A stretch of DNA of 64,000 bases from positions 4,680 to 68,679 of the forward strand of contig JAUCBJ010006710.1 in the NCBI GenBank assembly GCA_032718475.1. The letters are read 5' to 3'. The notes beneath the pieces were generated by a model that saw only the letters and a list, made by a program, of their open reading frames with translations, did no database searches and was not told the DNA's origin. Positions within the stretch are counted from its first letter, which is position 1; each line of letters starts with the position of its first letter. A program made the position numbers and the translations under genes. Origin of the DNA: Nemertoderma westbladi (lineage: Eukaryota; Animalia; Xenacoelomorpha). This document shows, one piece after another, positions 37,651 to 49,967 of the stretch.

Positions 37651-39270
37651 TGTTGCCGTTATCCCAACACCAGGGGGGAAAAACGCCGATGCTGGAGATG
37701 TGACTTTACAGACCACTGAGCCCCGGCCAGTCACCGGATATTGATTTTGGAGAAGGAATGATTTCTGAGATGCAGGGTTGCGGTTGAGAAAAAGCTGCAT
37801 TAGTTGGATATACTCTTTAATGTAACTGAACTCTGTTGAACCTGGTCAACAATATTGAACCCTGTTGAACCCTGTTGAACCCTGATTAAGAATAATTTTG
37901 GGCTTCCCCAAATCAATATACACCAAATATTCACAATAATTATACACGATAATATAAATCCCTACGGTATATTATTTAATTACCCACTGTTCGCTCAGAT
38001 TTTAGCCTACCTAATATTCCCCAGATTTTCCCTTGGTCCTAGTCTTAGTGCCGTAGTGTCGGTGTCGGTCGACCCTGTCGCGTGTCCATTCCACCCCTCA
38101 CGAACCCCGAAGGGAACGATCATCGAGAACCAGCACGGCTTGGCTAAGGGTCGGTCCAGTCGGTAGACTCTGTCGCGTATCCGTACCGCCCCTCTCGAAC
38201 CCCGAAGGGATCGGTCATCGAGAACCAATACGGCTTAGCTAGGAGTCTGTAGTGTCGGTGGACCCGTTCGCGTGTCCGTTCCACCCCTCACGAACCCCGA
38301 AGGGAACGATCATCGAGAACCAGAACGGCTTGGCTAGGGGTCCGTCGGTTCATCGCAGAAACCCAACCACCTAGGCTTTCCGAGTCCCTTTCAGGCTCGT
38401 AGTCGCTTCGGCAGCCGAGAAACTGCTCCGAACAGTCGGTAGGCCAGTAGAGTCTAGTCCTTTGTCTTTCGACCCCATCGCGTGTCCATTCCACCCCTCA
38501 CGAACCCCGAAGGGAACGATCATCGAGAACCAGTACGGCTTGGCTAAGGGGTCTGTCGGCGGTTCCCGTCGCAGATCCCGGTACAAGCAGTCAGCGTTCC
38601 GAGTTCTTTTCAGTCTCGTAGTAGCTGCCGTTGACCAGAGACCGCTAAGGGCAGTCCTCGTCAAACCCGTCCTGTGGCCAGCCCTTTCGCATGTCCGTCC
38701 CACCCCTCGCGAACCCCGAAGGGATCGGTCATCGAGAACCAGTACGGCTTAGCTCAGGGGGCAGTCGTTAGTTGGCCACCCGTTCGCGTGTCCGCTCCAC
38801 CCCTCACAAACCCCGAAGGGTTCGATCATCGAGAACCAGAACGGCTTGGCTACTAAGGGGCCGTCGTTTCCCGTCGCAAATCCCTGACACAAGCAGTCAG
38901 CGGTCCGAGTTCTTTTCAGTCTCGTAATGGCTGCTGTTGGCCAGGGACCGCTAAGGGCAGTCCTTGTCCTTTAGGCCTGGCGCATTACCAAATCCACCCC
39001 TACAGGCAGCAGGAAGTTGGCCAGGGCCTAATAGTACTCAGGCTAACCTGAATACTGCTTGCATTTTCCATCCCCCCCTGGCCCTTATAACTATGAAATT
39101 ATTCCCGTACCCTGTAAGTTGCCCCAAAGTTCGCCCATAAATCGCCCCCAGTTTATTGAATGTGCCCAAAACCCATGGTCCCGCACCCAGTAGTAATATC
39201 GGAATAATCAATTTTAAATAAATACAAAAATATTCAACTCGCGTTATGGAAAGTTGAAATACCGCGAACA
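37651..39270 (-). repeat. 5' LTR of element B
   Basis: Matches 25131-26750; TG..CA ends; TSD adjacent. Confidence 0.97.
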
Positions 39271-39275
39271 TCTAG

Positions 39276-40611
39276 CACAATGATAGATGGGTTAATACGT
39301 GTTGGAGGAAGGCTCACCAATGCGCCATTATCCTTTGACACTAAATTCCCCATACTCATTAGAAATCTTGAAGTACAAATCAAGATTATTGTAGATGTTC
39401 ACAGCAAACTTTATCATGCTGGTAGAGAACGAGTTCTTAGGGAAATTCGAACTCGCTATTATTTTGATAAACCCCGTAGAGCTCTGAACCAAGTTCTTAG
39501 GAACTGCATACCCTGTAGGAAAGCATTTAGTAGGCCTTTAACACAGCGAGAGGCAGAATTACCTAGGGAACGAGTAAGCTTCTATGAACCACCTTTTACT
39601 AATACTGGTGTAGATTTATTTGGCCCTATTGAAGTATATCGTGCTAGGACTATAGTCAAGAGATGGTGTGTCATCTTCGTATGCATGACTTGTAGAGCCA
39701 TCCATCTCGATATGGTGAACGATCTATCTACCAACAGCTTCGTCTTAAGTTTACGCCGACAGATCGCTCGCTTCGGGACGAGTAATACCATGAGATCGGA
39801 TAAGGGGACGAACTTCATTGGTGCCAACAACGAAATACAGGCTTACGTGAAGGAATGGAACCAAAGACAGGTGGACGACCAGCTAAGGATAACAGCGTCT
39901 AGCTGGACCTTCAACGCCGCCGACGCCCCTTGGTGGGGAGGAAGTTGGGAGAGATTAATTCGAAGTGTCAAAACCGCATTTCACTTTATAGTGCCATGCC
40001 GCGCGTATTTCACCGACGAACTTTTGCGGACGTTAATGGAGGAAATAGCTGCCTACCTCAACGAGAGACCGCTTATGCCAGTCTCATCGAGTCCCGATTC
40101 CCTGGAAGCGCTAACACCTGCGCACTTCCTACTGAAGAAACCTGTAGCCATGCTCCCACGATCGGAGATTGCCGACGGAGACGAATACTGCCGTCGAACT
40201 TGGCAACTTATGCAGTTGCTATCCCGTTGTTTCGCTGACCATTTCGAGAAACATTATCTGCCCATGCTACAACTTCGAACTAAGTGGTTTGCGCAGCAAG
40301 AAAACGTCAGCGCCGGAGATATGGTGCTTATTGTAGATCCAGACCTCCCACGTAAACGGTGGCAGACAGGTCGTATCATCGAGACTCACATCTCGGATGA
40401 TGGTTTAGTACGCTCAGTAGAACTCGTCGTCATGCGGCGTAACTTCAAGAAGCCAGGCATAATCTTTGAGACGCAACAACTCAATCGCCCAGTTGGTCGT
40501 TTATGTTTACTGGAAAGAGACAGAGAACTCTCTGGAAACTATGGAAGGCAAGACACTCTTCCCACGACCACCTCCCTAATTCCTCAAACATCTAGGGACT
40601 CCCCAACGTGA
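39276..40611 (+). CDS. pol: Element A integrase (continuation of pol)
   Basis: GGRL, H..HAG..CIPC, VDLFGP, SDKGTNF, GGSWERL, LTPAHFL, RPVGRLCLLE. Confidence 0.93.
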
Positions 40612-42240
40612 TACGTCTGGAGTGGGTGTATGACTATATTATTTTATCTATTTTGCTATATTTTTATATGCGAACTTTATTATGTACTTTATTATAATCG
40701 TTTTTATTCAATTTTATTTAGTAGAATGTTATTTTAGTGATTGTTTAGTAGATTAGTGCAATGTATTAGTGTTTATTACGTACGTAATTACTTATAATAT
40801 ATATTTAGTGCGACGGCGAGAAAATAATTATTTTTCTCTTTCCTTACTGTCCGTATCATATTGTAAATACGTGACTACAGTAAGATGAAATGTCCGTACT
40901 TATTAAAGTACATTAAAGCCACTACTATATTCAAGTATTATTGGTAGGCAGAGTATTAGGAATGCAAAGTTCAGATCCTCGTGTCTCGGCTAAACCAAGC
41001 TCTGGGTAGACCTTGGAAACGAGTTGCCTCTTCACACTGACATTGCTTCGTGCGATATTGCTCTTCTACCTTATATTAAATAATACATATAGTAGCGTGA
41101 TGTCCCTCTAACAGTAGCGTAAAACGCAAATAAATCTGTTAAACCTTTTGACCATCTGTAATTCTAGTCGATTAAGATATCGCGGCACCCACCGATATAC
41201 TTGAAAGACAAATTCTAGAATCAGTGGTTAACGTCCCCAGACAAGTTCTGGAATAAATCGGTGCCCATCTTAAATATTAATTTAATATTTAGTAAAAATC
41301 TGTAAAATTCAGGTCCTTTGAAATTTCTAGTCAATTAAGATATCGCAGCACTTACCGATACTCTTAAAAGACAATTTTATAGAATTAAGGATCCTATGTC
41401 CCCAGACCTGCTCTGGAATCAAATTGTGTCAATTTTAACATCAAATAATAAAATTCACGGGAATCAATTCAAATTCATATTTTAAATGAATTTCATAAAT
41501 TATCATTTTGTACAATTTATAACATTCCCAAAATTCCATTAATTAATAGATCATGGGAGCGGAGATTCATCCTATTGAGTGTATTAGAGTGCGAGAATCT
41601 CCAACATATAGTCAATAGCCGATAAAATTAATAAAATCATACATAAAGAGGATATTGACAATTAAAGAATTATTATTAAATAGCATCCCAGATCTGTATG
41701 CATGAGAATTACCCTAATTCTACCGCTAGCATTCCATAATGTCACCATAGCAACACCCACGCTAGAATTAGAAGCAAGTTAAGAGAACAATAGAAAGCTT
41801 GTCACATTGCATAGCATAGAGAATACATAGCACACTGTTAGTATCCAAGGATACACAGTAATAACGTGACATTCTGGAAGGCACTGACTAACGGACAAAT
41901 GGCCTGTATGTGTATAATTGGTGACAGTTGTGTGGAATTTGTGCGTTTATAGGTGAATGTTACTGCTAAAGTATGTTTACAGTAGCTAGTCGCAATTGTA
42001 AAAGTAGCCCAACTCTCCTATAGAAAGAACCTAAGTGGATCCAAGCCTTTGGGACGGACAGTGGAGTGACTTGTGCCGGTTATCGTTGTCGTGCTGTTGC
42101 TACATGTTGGCGTAAACACCGCGACGACGGTACATCGGCGCTGAGAATCCCACTGTCCAGGGGCAAAGAGAAGTAGGCAGCGACGCCCGCTCGCCTAAAA
42201 TATAAACTTATTTTGATATTAATAAACTCAGATAGCAGAT

Positions 42241-45200
42241 ATGACGGAGTTGATAGAAGATGATCTTGGTATTAGGGAGCGATATACTCTACCTTTACAA
42301 GCATTTGTGGATAGCTTAATACGCGGTGAAGCCGATCCAACCATTACGGAGGACGATGGTCGTTATATCGAACTGCCGATGTCCCAAGAGCAACTTGCGC
42401 GTGAATTGGACTATCGAAAATTCACCACTCGCTATATGAATCGTAATGGTACGTATATGGACTTCTTAACTACCGGCCATCCTATTGATTTACATGATAC
42501 GGACGATGTAGATACAGAGAGGGAAATGGTTCTATTTAAATATCATACCCAGCTGAGTCGTAACGATAAACCGAGAATAGATCACGAAAATTCTATTCGT
42601 AATAGACTGGAAAGAGAAAACGTTGAAGAACCGGATAAACGCATCGACTTCAACGAATACCTAGAATTTTTGAGAGAAACCTATCTCAACATCGCTAGTC
42701 AGCAGAACTTAGAGACTCAATATCCTCAAGGTATACATCACGACCCTGTGGTAGAACTCAAACGGCTCTATTTCACTATGATGTATCTTACCGCCGATCG
42801 TCCACTACCTGTTATCCCGGATAGTTTTGAACAAATGGAAGAATATTGCAAAACTGGAGAACGTTCACCCGCGTTTCCTCTACAGGACGTACGTCTTTGG
42901 TATTATTGTGACGAATGCCCTAGACCCAACCAACAAACTGAAAGACACAAACATCCGCGGAGACGTTGCGCTAAACACAGTTTTACGCGTTACACTTACG
43001 GGAGTTTCGAGCGAAACCTGTTCGACGTACCACCTACGATCGCTCGTCTTAAACGATCACTGAATAAACCCATGATCAGAGTTCCGGAATACTCGGTCAG
43101 GTCTCCTCATTCCCTAGTGAGACCTCAAACTCTTGATCCTAACAGTATCACTGATCCTCCCGAACTATATTCCCTGTTCAAAGACTTAGTGTTACCCGAA
43201 CAATTAATCGGTGGTGCTCCGGTAGTGGGTTCGTTAGACATTCGCCCATCCTACTTAGCCGGATTGGGACGCGGGCAACTAATATCGCCCTTTGATCCTT
43301 ACAATCGTCCAGGATTAAACCCGATGCAACCCGCCACGGAAGTCGAGGAGAGCGTTATAAGAAACGCTTTAGACGCCATTCGACAGAAAATCGGAAAGGG
43401 AACACAAGATTGTTTAGAGAAACGTAAATTACAACAACAAGTCCAATCGGTGAAGGAGTTAGCCTTGCCACAGTTCGATAGAGAAATCCAAAACCTCGAG
43501 GAAGACATCGAGCTTGGACGCACGTATTCTCTACAAGAATTTTTAGATGAACGCTTACAGAGACAAGCGGAAGAAAATCTACTCGAAGAGAAACACACGA
43601 AACTGGAAGAGAGAGAAGAAGCCGCTTTAGCCCAACCGGAAGCTCAAATCCTCATGACGGACCTCTACTCTAAAACCGTTCGTCATCCCTCGATGATTCC
43701 ACATTTCGGGGACAAGCTCTTCGCGACGATACAACCTCAACCGGTTGATATCAGTACAGGATCGCAAAATCTTATCGCTGACGCCCCTATGTTACAGCGT
43801 CCGCCGATCGAGGCCACTCGTGTTGACGGTATACTCGTTGAACCTCCGGACAATCGAGCGGATCTTGTCCGTCGTATGGTACACGATGTCAACATACGCG
43901 CTAGACCTTTACAGAACTCGTTTTATGGGATTAAAGACCACCCTTATTACGTTAATCTGACTCAATATTATATGGTAAAACCAGAAGACCCGACACATAA
44001 TTTAAAGTTTCTACCACTAATAAATCCTCTAGACATTGTCGAACTCGAACAATTGCAGAAACATCTGGATCAGTTAGTAAAGGTAAACTCATTTAGAAAA
44101 CCATATAACATTTCTCGAATCGAGAAAGATATAGAACCTCCTTATAATCTCGATGGATTTATTAAAACTCGATTAGTCCATTGGAATCTAGATGTATTAT
44201 TTGAAGAAGAGAAAATACAAAGATATGGAAATGTGGAGACGTATACCACTCGGCACATGAAGTATAGTGATCTCCCTGACGCTAACCAATGCGCCACCTT
44301 GTGGCATCCAGTAGGGATGACCCTAGAGAACGCCACCAAGGAGTGGAATGAAACTCTTAATGTTATTGAGATGTATGGAGTTGTCACCTACGATAATGAA
44401 GGTAGCGTTCCGGTCGGAGAACTAGGAACTACGCGCATGATCCACATACGCGGATTAGCTGGTTCTACCCACGTGTTTACTCGAGCGTGTTCCGACGTGA
44501 TTGATTATTCTTTTGAAACTCTCACCGAAACACAAAAGAATCTCCGACATGGACAATTCGAACTCGCGCAGCGTTACGTCATTGACACCGAACGCAAACC
44601 GGCCATGGGCATCGATGGATCGATGTTACCCCAGCCCGTACTCGAGATGTTGTTCAACGAAAGAATCCTTAAAATCGGCTCAGCTGTTTATGGAGATCTC
44701 CAAAGCGACTTTCGGAATATGGAGAACATTCCATACCCTTTCGTTGATACTCAGCTGATTGCTCCCTGGGCAGAAGGTCGAGGTTTCTTCCTCACCATGT
44801 ATGCTAATACGTCTAGCAACATTACAAAGGTGCAACGAACTTCCATCGGACATCTTGCCTTTCAGGAATACGGATGGAATTTCAAAGTCGGAAATCCCAC
44901 TAACTATCAACAAGTATACGGAGACCATTATTCTCGATTATACTTTGATGGACCATTGACCGCACCTGGCGCCGTGTATAGCTTCATGAGTGTTCCACTC
45001 CGTCCCTCCTTAGCTATATACACGATCTTTGAAAACACCGCACTTGCTGGTTGGCTAGCCGATGTGTGCAGTCGTACCATACGCGCCCATCCATTAATAC
45101 TTGGGACCAAACTCGCTAAGCTAGATGAACATAATAAATTCATCCGTTTCGAATGTTTCCGGCGATTTTTAACCCCGTTCCGCAACATGGATAGCCAATT

Positions 45201-48051
45201 TAACCCTATTAAACCCGGGGGGGGGTCAATATGACCCCCCCCCGTGGTTTTTTTATTATAATTCTGAAACAAACGCAGTTGGGAATCTGAAATTGTATGA
45301 CTTTTCCTAAAAATCTATTGTCTTCCTAGTAGTGAAAACCGTTTTCAAAAATATTGGGTACTTTTCGAGTTATAGCACCATTTTTTAACCCTACTTTCGG
45401 CACTTTTTTTGAGACGTTTTTTGAAAATTACATTTCATTAAATATGAATTGTAACATCTCTATTTTTGATTTACACCGGTTTTTTGGTGTTAGAAATTTG
45501 ATGGAATTCATATAAATTGATTTAGAAATTTCAAACTTGTTTTTTTCGGTGGGTGCCAAATTTTGGTGCCAGCACCAAATTTTGAAATAAGTCAATTTTG
45601 TAAATTGATCGTTTGAAACTTGTTTTTTACGCAATTGGGGTTTTTTGGGTTTCTGGATTCGATGAAATATATACGAGTTGCACCAAGCGTATCAAACTTG
45701 TATTTTTCGGTGCTGTGTGCAAATTTTGGTGCTAGCACGAAATTTTGAAAATCCATTCAATAGATAAAATTGCTTGTGTCAATTTATTTCTTGCGTTTTA
45801 GAGGTTTATGGCTGTTCTGAATTCAATGGAAAATATAATTATCGAACTAGACATCTCAAACTTGTATTTTTCGGATGTGGGTGCAAAATGTGGTGCTAGC
45901 ACCAAATTTTGAAAACCATCAGATATATAAATTGATTGTGTCACCTTATTTCTTGCGTTATACGGGTTTGTGATGGTTCTGAATTCAATGGAATCAGTAA
46001 AAATTTCATAAGAGTTCTCAAACTTTTATTTTTCGCCGGTGGGTGAAAATTGTTGTGCCAGCACCAAATTTTGGAAAATATGCAAATTGATAAGTAGATA
46101 GTATCACCTTGTTTCTTGCGTTATACGGGTTTATGAGGGTCCTGAATCCGATGGAATCAATAAAAACAGCACTGGACATCGCAAACTTGTACTTTTTGGT
46201 GATGGGTACGAAATTTGGTGCTAGCACCAAAATTTGCCAAATTTCGCCGAAAAATACAAGTAGCAATGATCTGGTATATTAGAAATGTATTCCATTAGAA
46301 TCAGCGCCCTCGAAAACCTAAAAATGTGAATTTATAGCATCGTATATGTGAATTAAAAATTTTGTGTTCTAACTGAAAAGTGCTGGTTACTTGTTTTTTT
46401 CATTTTTTTCCTACGCAGAGAGGACTAAACAGCCATTTATAGTAATCATATCATTTTTTAATATTTTCCAATGTATTTTGCACCCCAGAAAACCTGTATT
46501 GAAAAATAATTAGCCGAAAATGTAACTTTCAAATTTGGTGAAAATTGTGCACTACTTGTAAGTTTGGTGCTGCAATATAACCACCCCAGTACATTTTTTC
46601 GAAAATTTTTTTTTTCGGTCGGATCCAGACAAGTGATACCTACGTACAAACAAAAAATCAGACGTTTTCGTAAATATTTGTAGATTTTAGAGGGGGGGAT
46701 CAATATGACCCCCTCCCGGTATTTGTACAACATTTTATAGCCCGGTACTAATAGGGTTAAAGACCGCGCTTTGACCAAGCTCAGCCTAAGAAACTCAGCT
46801 GCAGAGAAGTTGGATAGCGCTGGATTCGCCGTTTTCCAAGAGATTTGTATATCGAACTTGCACTCCTCTGTTATACAAAGACCTCGAATCCCCACAGGTT
46901 ATTCTGTCGTGGAAATTCAGACAATAGGTCCACCTGAAGAGACAGACGCGCCCACTTCAGCTATGCACTTGGAAGACGAACCAATATGTCTAGAATCTGA
47001 AGAGATTCAGCCTATCGCGCCCCGGAACAGCGACAACGATTACATCATAGAATGGTATCAAGGTCCACAGTGTCTCACTGCGTACGATTATCGACATGCC
47101 AACTATGTTTCTAGGCAACGTTGTCGGTTATGCGCATCGAGAGACCATGATACGCCCATGGACACCAACGTCCGCTGTTCCTATTTCCAAGAACAACCGA
47201 CTATGGAAATTTATTGCGCATATTGCAGACTCAATAACTTGCATATCTTTGCGGTTTGCCCTCAATTTATGACTCAATGTCACCATTGTCAACTAAAGGG
47301 ACATGCCAGTTTCGATTGCCCTTTTAATCACGATTTGGAAAGCGTAGATGAAATGATCACACTACGTTACATCAGAGCTTGGGAAGCGAACGCTGATTTA
47401 CATTGTGATTCGCGCCATCGCTATTATCCCGGACGCGCTTACGAAGGAGTTTATGCGTTCCATCCTTATCTATTCGCTTCGGTCGAACAGAAATCACGCA
47501 TATCGAGTTACGAGCTACTGAAGCGCGTCGGAGAATGTATTTCAACCAAATTCGTACGCAAATTTCTCAGGAGTGTTAATCCTAGCGACCTTCATTCCTA
47601 TAACTTAATCAATTATATCCGTCAGGATCCGGACTATGGAGACTTGTTTGTTAACTCACACCCCGAGTTACAGGAAGTATATCGACGGCCTTACGAATAC
47701 CGAGCCCGCGAACGCGAGTTGGAAAGAACCATTAAACCCCGGAGGTTTCTAACTGCCTATGGTCCACCCACGGCCCTCGTTCAGACCACTCGTAAAGGAC
47801 CCGTAAGAGCGGCTGTCTTGAAACGAGCTCTCAAAGCCGTTAGACCCCTCTCCCCCGACGTTGATGTCAATCAACCCGGTACTTCGACTGGCGGATACAC
47901 CGACCATAATCCTACACCCTCTGATGCAATCATATTGCACCCTTCACCCAGAAGTTATAGCCCTCCTTGTAAAGTGGCTCGCCCCAAGGAGAAAAGGACT
48001 CTGGCTAGCTTTAAAAAACTGCGTAAACGCCGTCCGCGCAAGAAAGACTAA
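42241..48051 (+). CDS. Element A accessory gene: 1417-aa protein with an unknown N-terminal region, DEDDy-like exonuclease and triple zinc knuckle; split by piggyBac
   Basis: 42241-45203 joined to 46761-48051 gives 4254 nt in one open frame. VVTYDNEG, LPQPVLEMLFNERILKIGSAVYGD, FVDTQ, SIGHLA, PLRPSLAIYTIFE; CRLC, CAYC..H..C, CHHC..GH..C. Confidence 0.8.
45204..46756. mobile_element. Non-autonomous piggyBac-type DNA transposon
   Basis: TTAA duplication (45200-45203, 46757-46760); TIRs CCCTATTA..CCGGG / CCCGG..TAATAGGG; five internal ~163-bp repeats with a palindromic TTTGGTGCTAGCACCAAA core; no transposase ORF. Confidence 0.92.
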
Positions 48052-48120
48052 CTGTTTAGAGTATTTACATATATTAGAAACTGTGATTTTTGTATATTTA
48101 TAAACTTGAATCCCATTTTC

Positions 48121-48129
48121 TGGGAGCGG
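48121..48129 (+). promoter_or_regulatory. Polypurine tract of element A
   Basis: GGGAGCGG directly before the TGTA LTR start. Confidence 0.7.
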
Positions 48130-49337
48130 TGTAAAAGCTTTTGCGGATATACTCAGTCCCCCTCGCCCGCAAGGTACCGTTATAGGTGTTTTAACGGACA
48201 TAAAAGTCATTCTTCTATATACGTGCTTTGGAGGACATGGTAAGGCAAAAAACCCGCAATGCACCAAATACCCTTGCACAGCTTAGCCTTGATGATTCAG
48301 ATTACGACATCTAACAGCTGGTTGCTGACATGGAAACGGCCATTGGACACATGGTTCTTTGTTTGCTTAACAGCCAATCAGAGCGATTTTTTCTGTCGAT
48401 GTGGAGCCTTTTAGCAGATCATGCTAGGAGTGTTCAGTCTTACTGTTTTTCTTGATACTGTTGTGTTGTTTCTATCTAGGCCAGGAACACCGGCTCTAGA
48501 GTCAATTCGTTTTCATACTTTAGAAGAAACATTAGTAGGCTTAAATTATAGAGCGTATAACTGTTATCATAACATAACAATCAGTGCATAACAATCGGTG
48601 CAACTCCGTTCAGTCTTGCATTATCGGTTCAACATACATTGTTGTGCTGCTGTTTGCTGTTGTCATATTTTGTATCAGTTGGTTGAATATTATTTGGAGA
48701 ACATCTATAAAGAACCCAAATTTCCCAATTTTCTTGATACACTACAGGTTAGAGAGACGGGTTATATATAGCGATTGCGACTTATATTATTGTGGTTTGT
48801 AGTGAATTTAATGCTATTTGATAAGCACTACATGAGTCAGTTGCTGTTCTCTTTATATATGATAAAATTCATTGACGGTCGGCAAATTAGTGAGCAGTAT
48901 TGTGTGTTACCGGTAGTGTGCATGATTGTGGCTGATAACTAAGCATTTCCTAAAGAATGCGCCTCATACGTGAATCATAAGCCTTACCGACTTACCGTTG
49001 TGATTAGTATAAGTCATATCTCTGTTTACCTAGATAGAGCGCCACGTCCTAAAGGAACTGTTAATATTTCCCGAAAGTGAATAATATTAGTCAGAAATTA
49101 TTTATTAACGATCAATCGAATAATACAGTAAGCTTACACTGCAATAATAATCTAAGCCCTCAGAATCCAGTCTCCCGGGTATATCCAGCGGGTGAATGGA
49201 CGCGCACTAGGCTGGCTTCTGCTAATGTTGTGTTTATTGGTATTAAATATTTGTCAACTTCTAAAGTCTATTTGTAAACCAAAAGACATATAAATTTTGG
49301 CAGGTTAAACTGCTAAAGGTCTTCAAAAGCGCGTACA
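48130..49337 (+). repeat. 3' LTR of element A (1208 bp)
   Basis: TGTAAAAGCTTTTG ... CAAAAGCGCGTACA imperfect terminal inverted repeats; matches the 5' LTR. Confidence 0.93.
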
Positions 49338-49967
49338 AGGGAGGAGACTCAGAAGGCGAAGAGATATATAGTCAGATGGTGAGGGAGATCAGGGACGTGC
49401 AACCAAAAACAGAAAAACTATGCGATAACCCGACGGACAAACTCCTCAGCTACAGTTCAAGTTGGTACAAGACCAAGAAGTTAGTGGCGTATTGGAGAGC
49501 CTTCGGGGATTTACAGTTGTAGAATAATATAGATATAAAGGAATAAGTATCTATTATAAGTAAAATAAATATCTAGGAATAATAGAATAATATAGCACAG
49601 TTGTAAAATAAAAATTAAATATTAGAAATTAGAAATTAAACATATTATGGTAACAGTGAAAAAAAATATTCCAGAACATAATTAAAGTAACGGACAAAAT
49701 TACGAAATTTAGTGAAAATTAGCACTTTCAGAAAATAAGATAGGTAAATTAGGCAATAACCTGACATTCAGCAAGAGATAGGCCATTATCGGACCGTACA
49801 GACCATCCTAACTTCATCACTCATCTGTATTGTGCCTTGGCAAGGCCCCACCTTATAGGTGAGCGTTCGGGAGAGTTCGAAATGGTGGAGAAACTTTTTC
49901 GAAAGAGAAAGGCGGAGTTGGGAGGAAAGGAGATACTGGTGGATTTCACCGACATCCGGAAGAGAAG

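Larger units (their letters stand above)
25131..39270 (-). mobile_element. BEL/Pao LTR retrotransposon B, full length, inserted antisense in pol of A
   Basis: 1620-bp TG..CA LTRs; 5-bp TSD TCTAG at 25126-25130 and 39271-39275. Removing B rejoins A pol in frame (RFSS-TMIDGLIRVGGRL). Confidence 0.97.
15653..49337 (+). mobile_element. BEL/Pao LTR retrotransposon A (with nested element B and piggyBac)
   Basis: Direct LTRs at 15653-16823 and 48130-49337; Gag-PR-RT-RH-IN order with BEL/Pao motifs; extra ORF before the 3' LTR. Confidence 0.93.

Noticed and set aside
42241-48051. env gene in the third-ORF position
   Set aside because: No signal peptide or transmembrane anchor is visible; nuclease and zinc-knuckle motifs are present instead.
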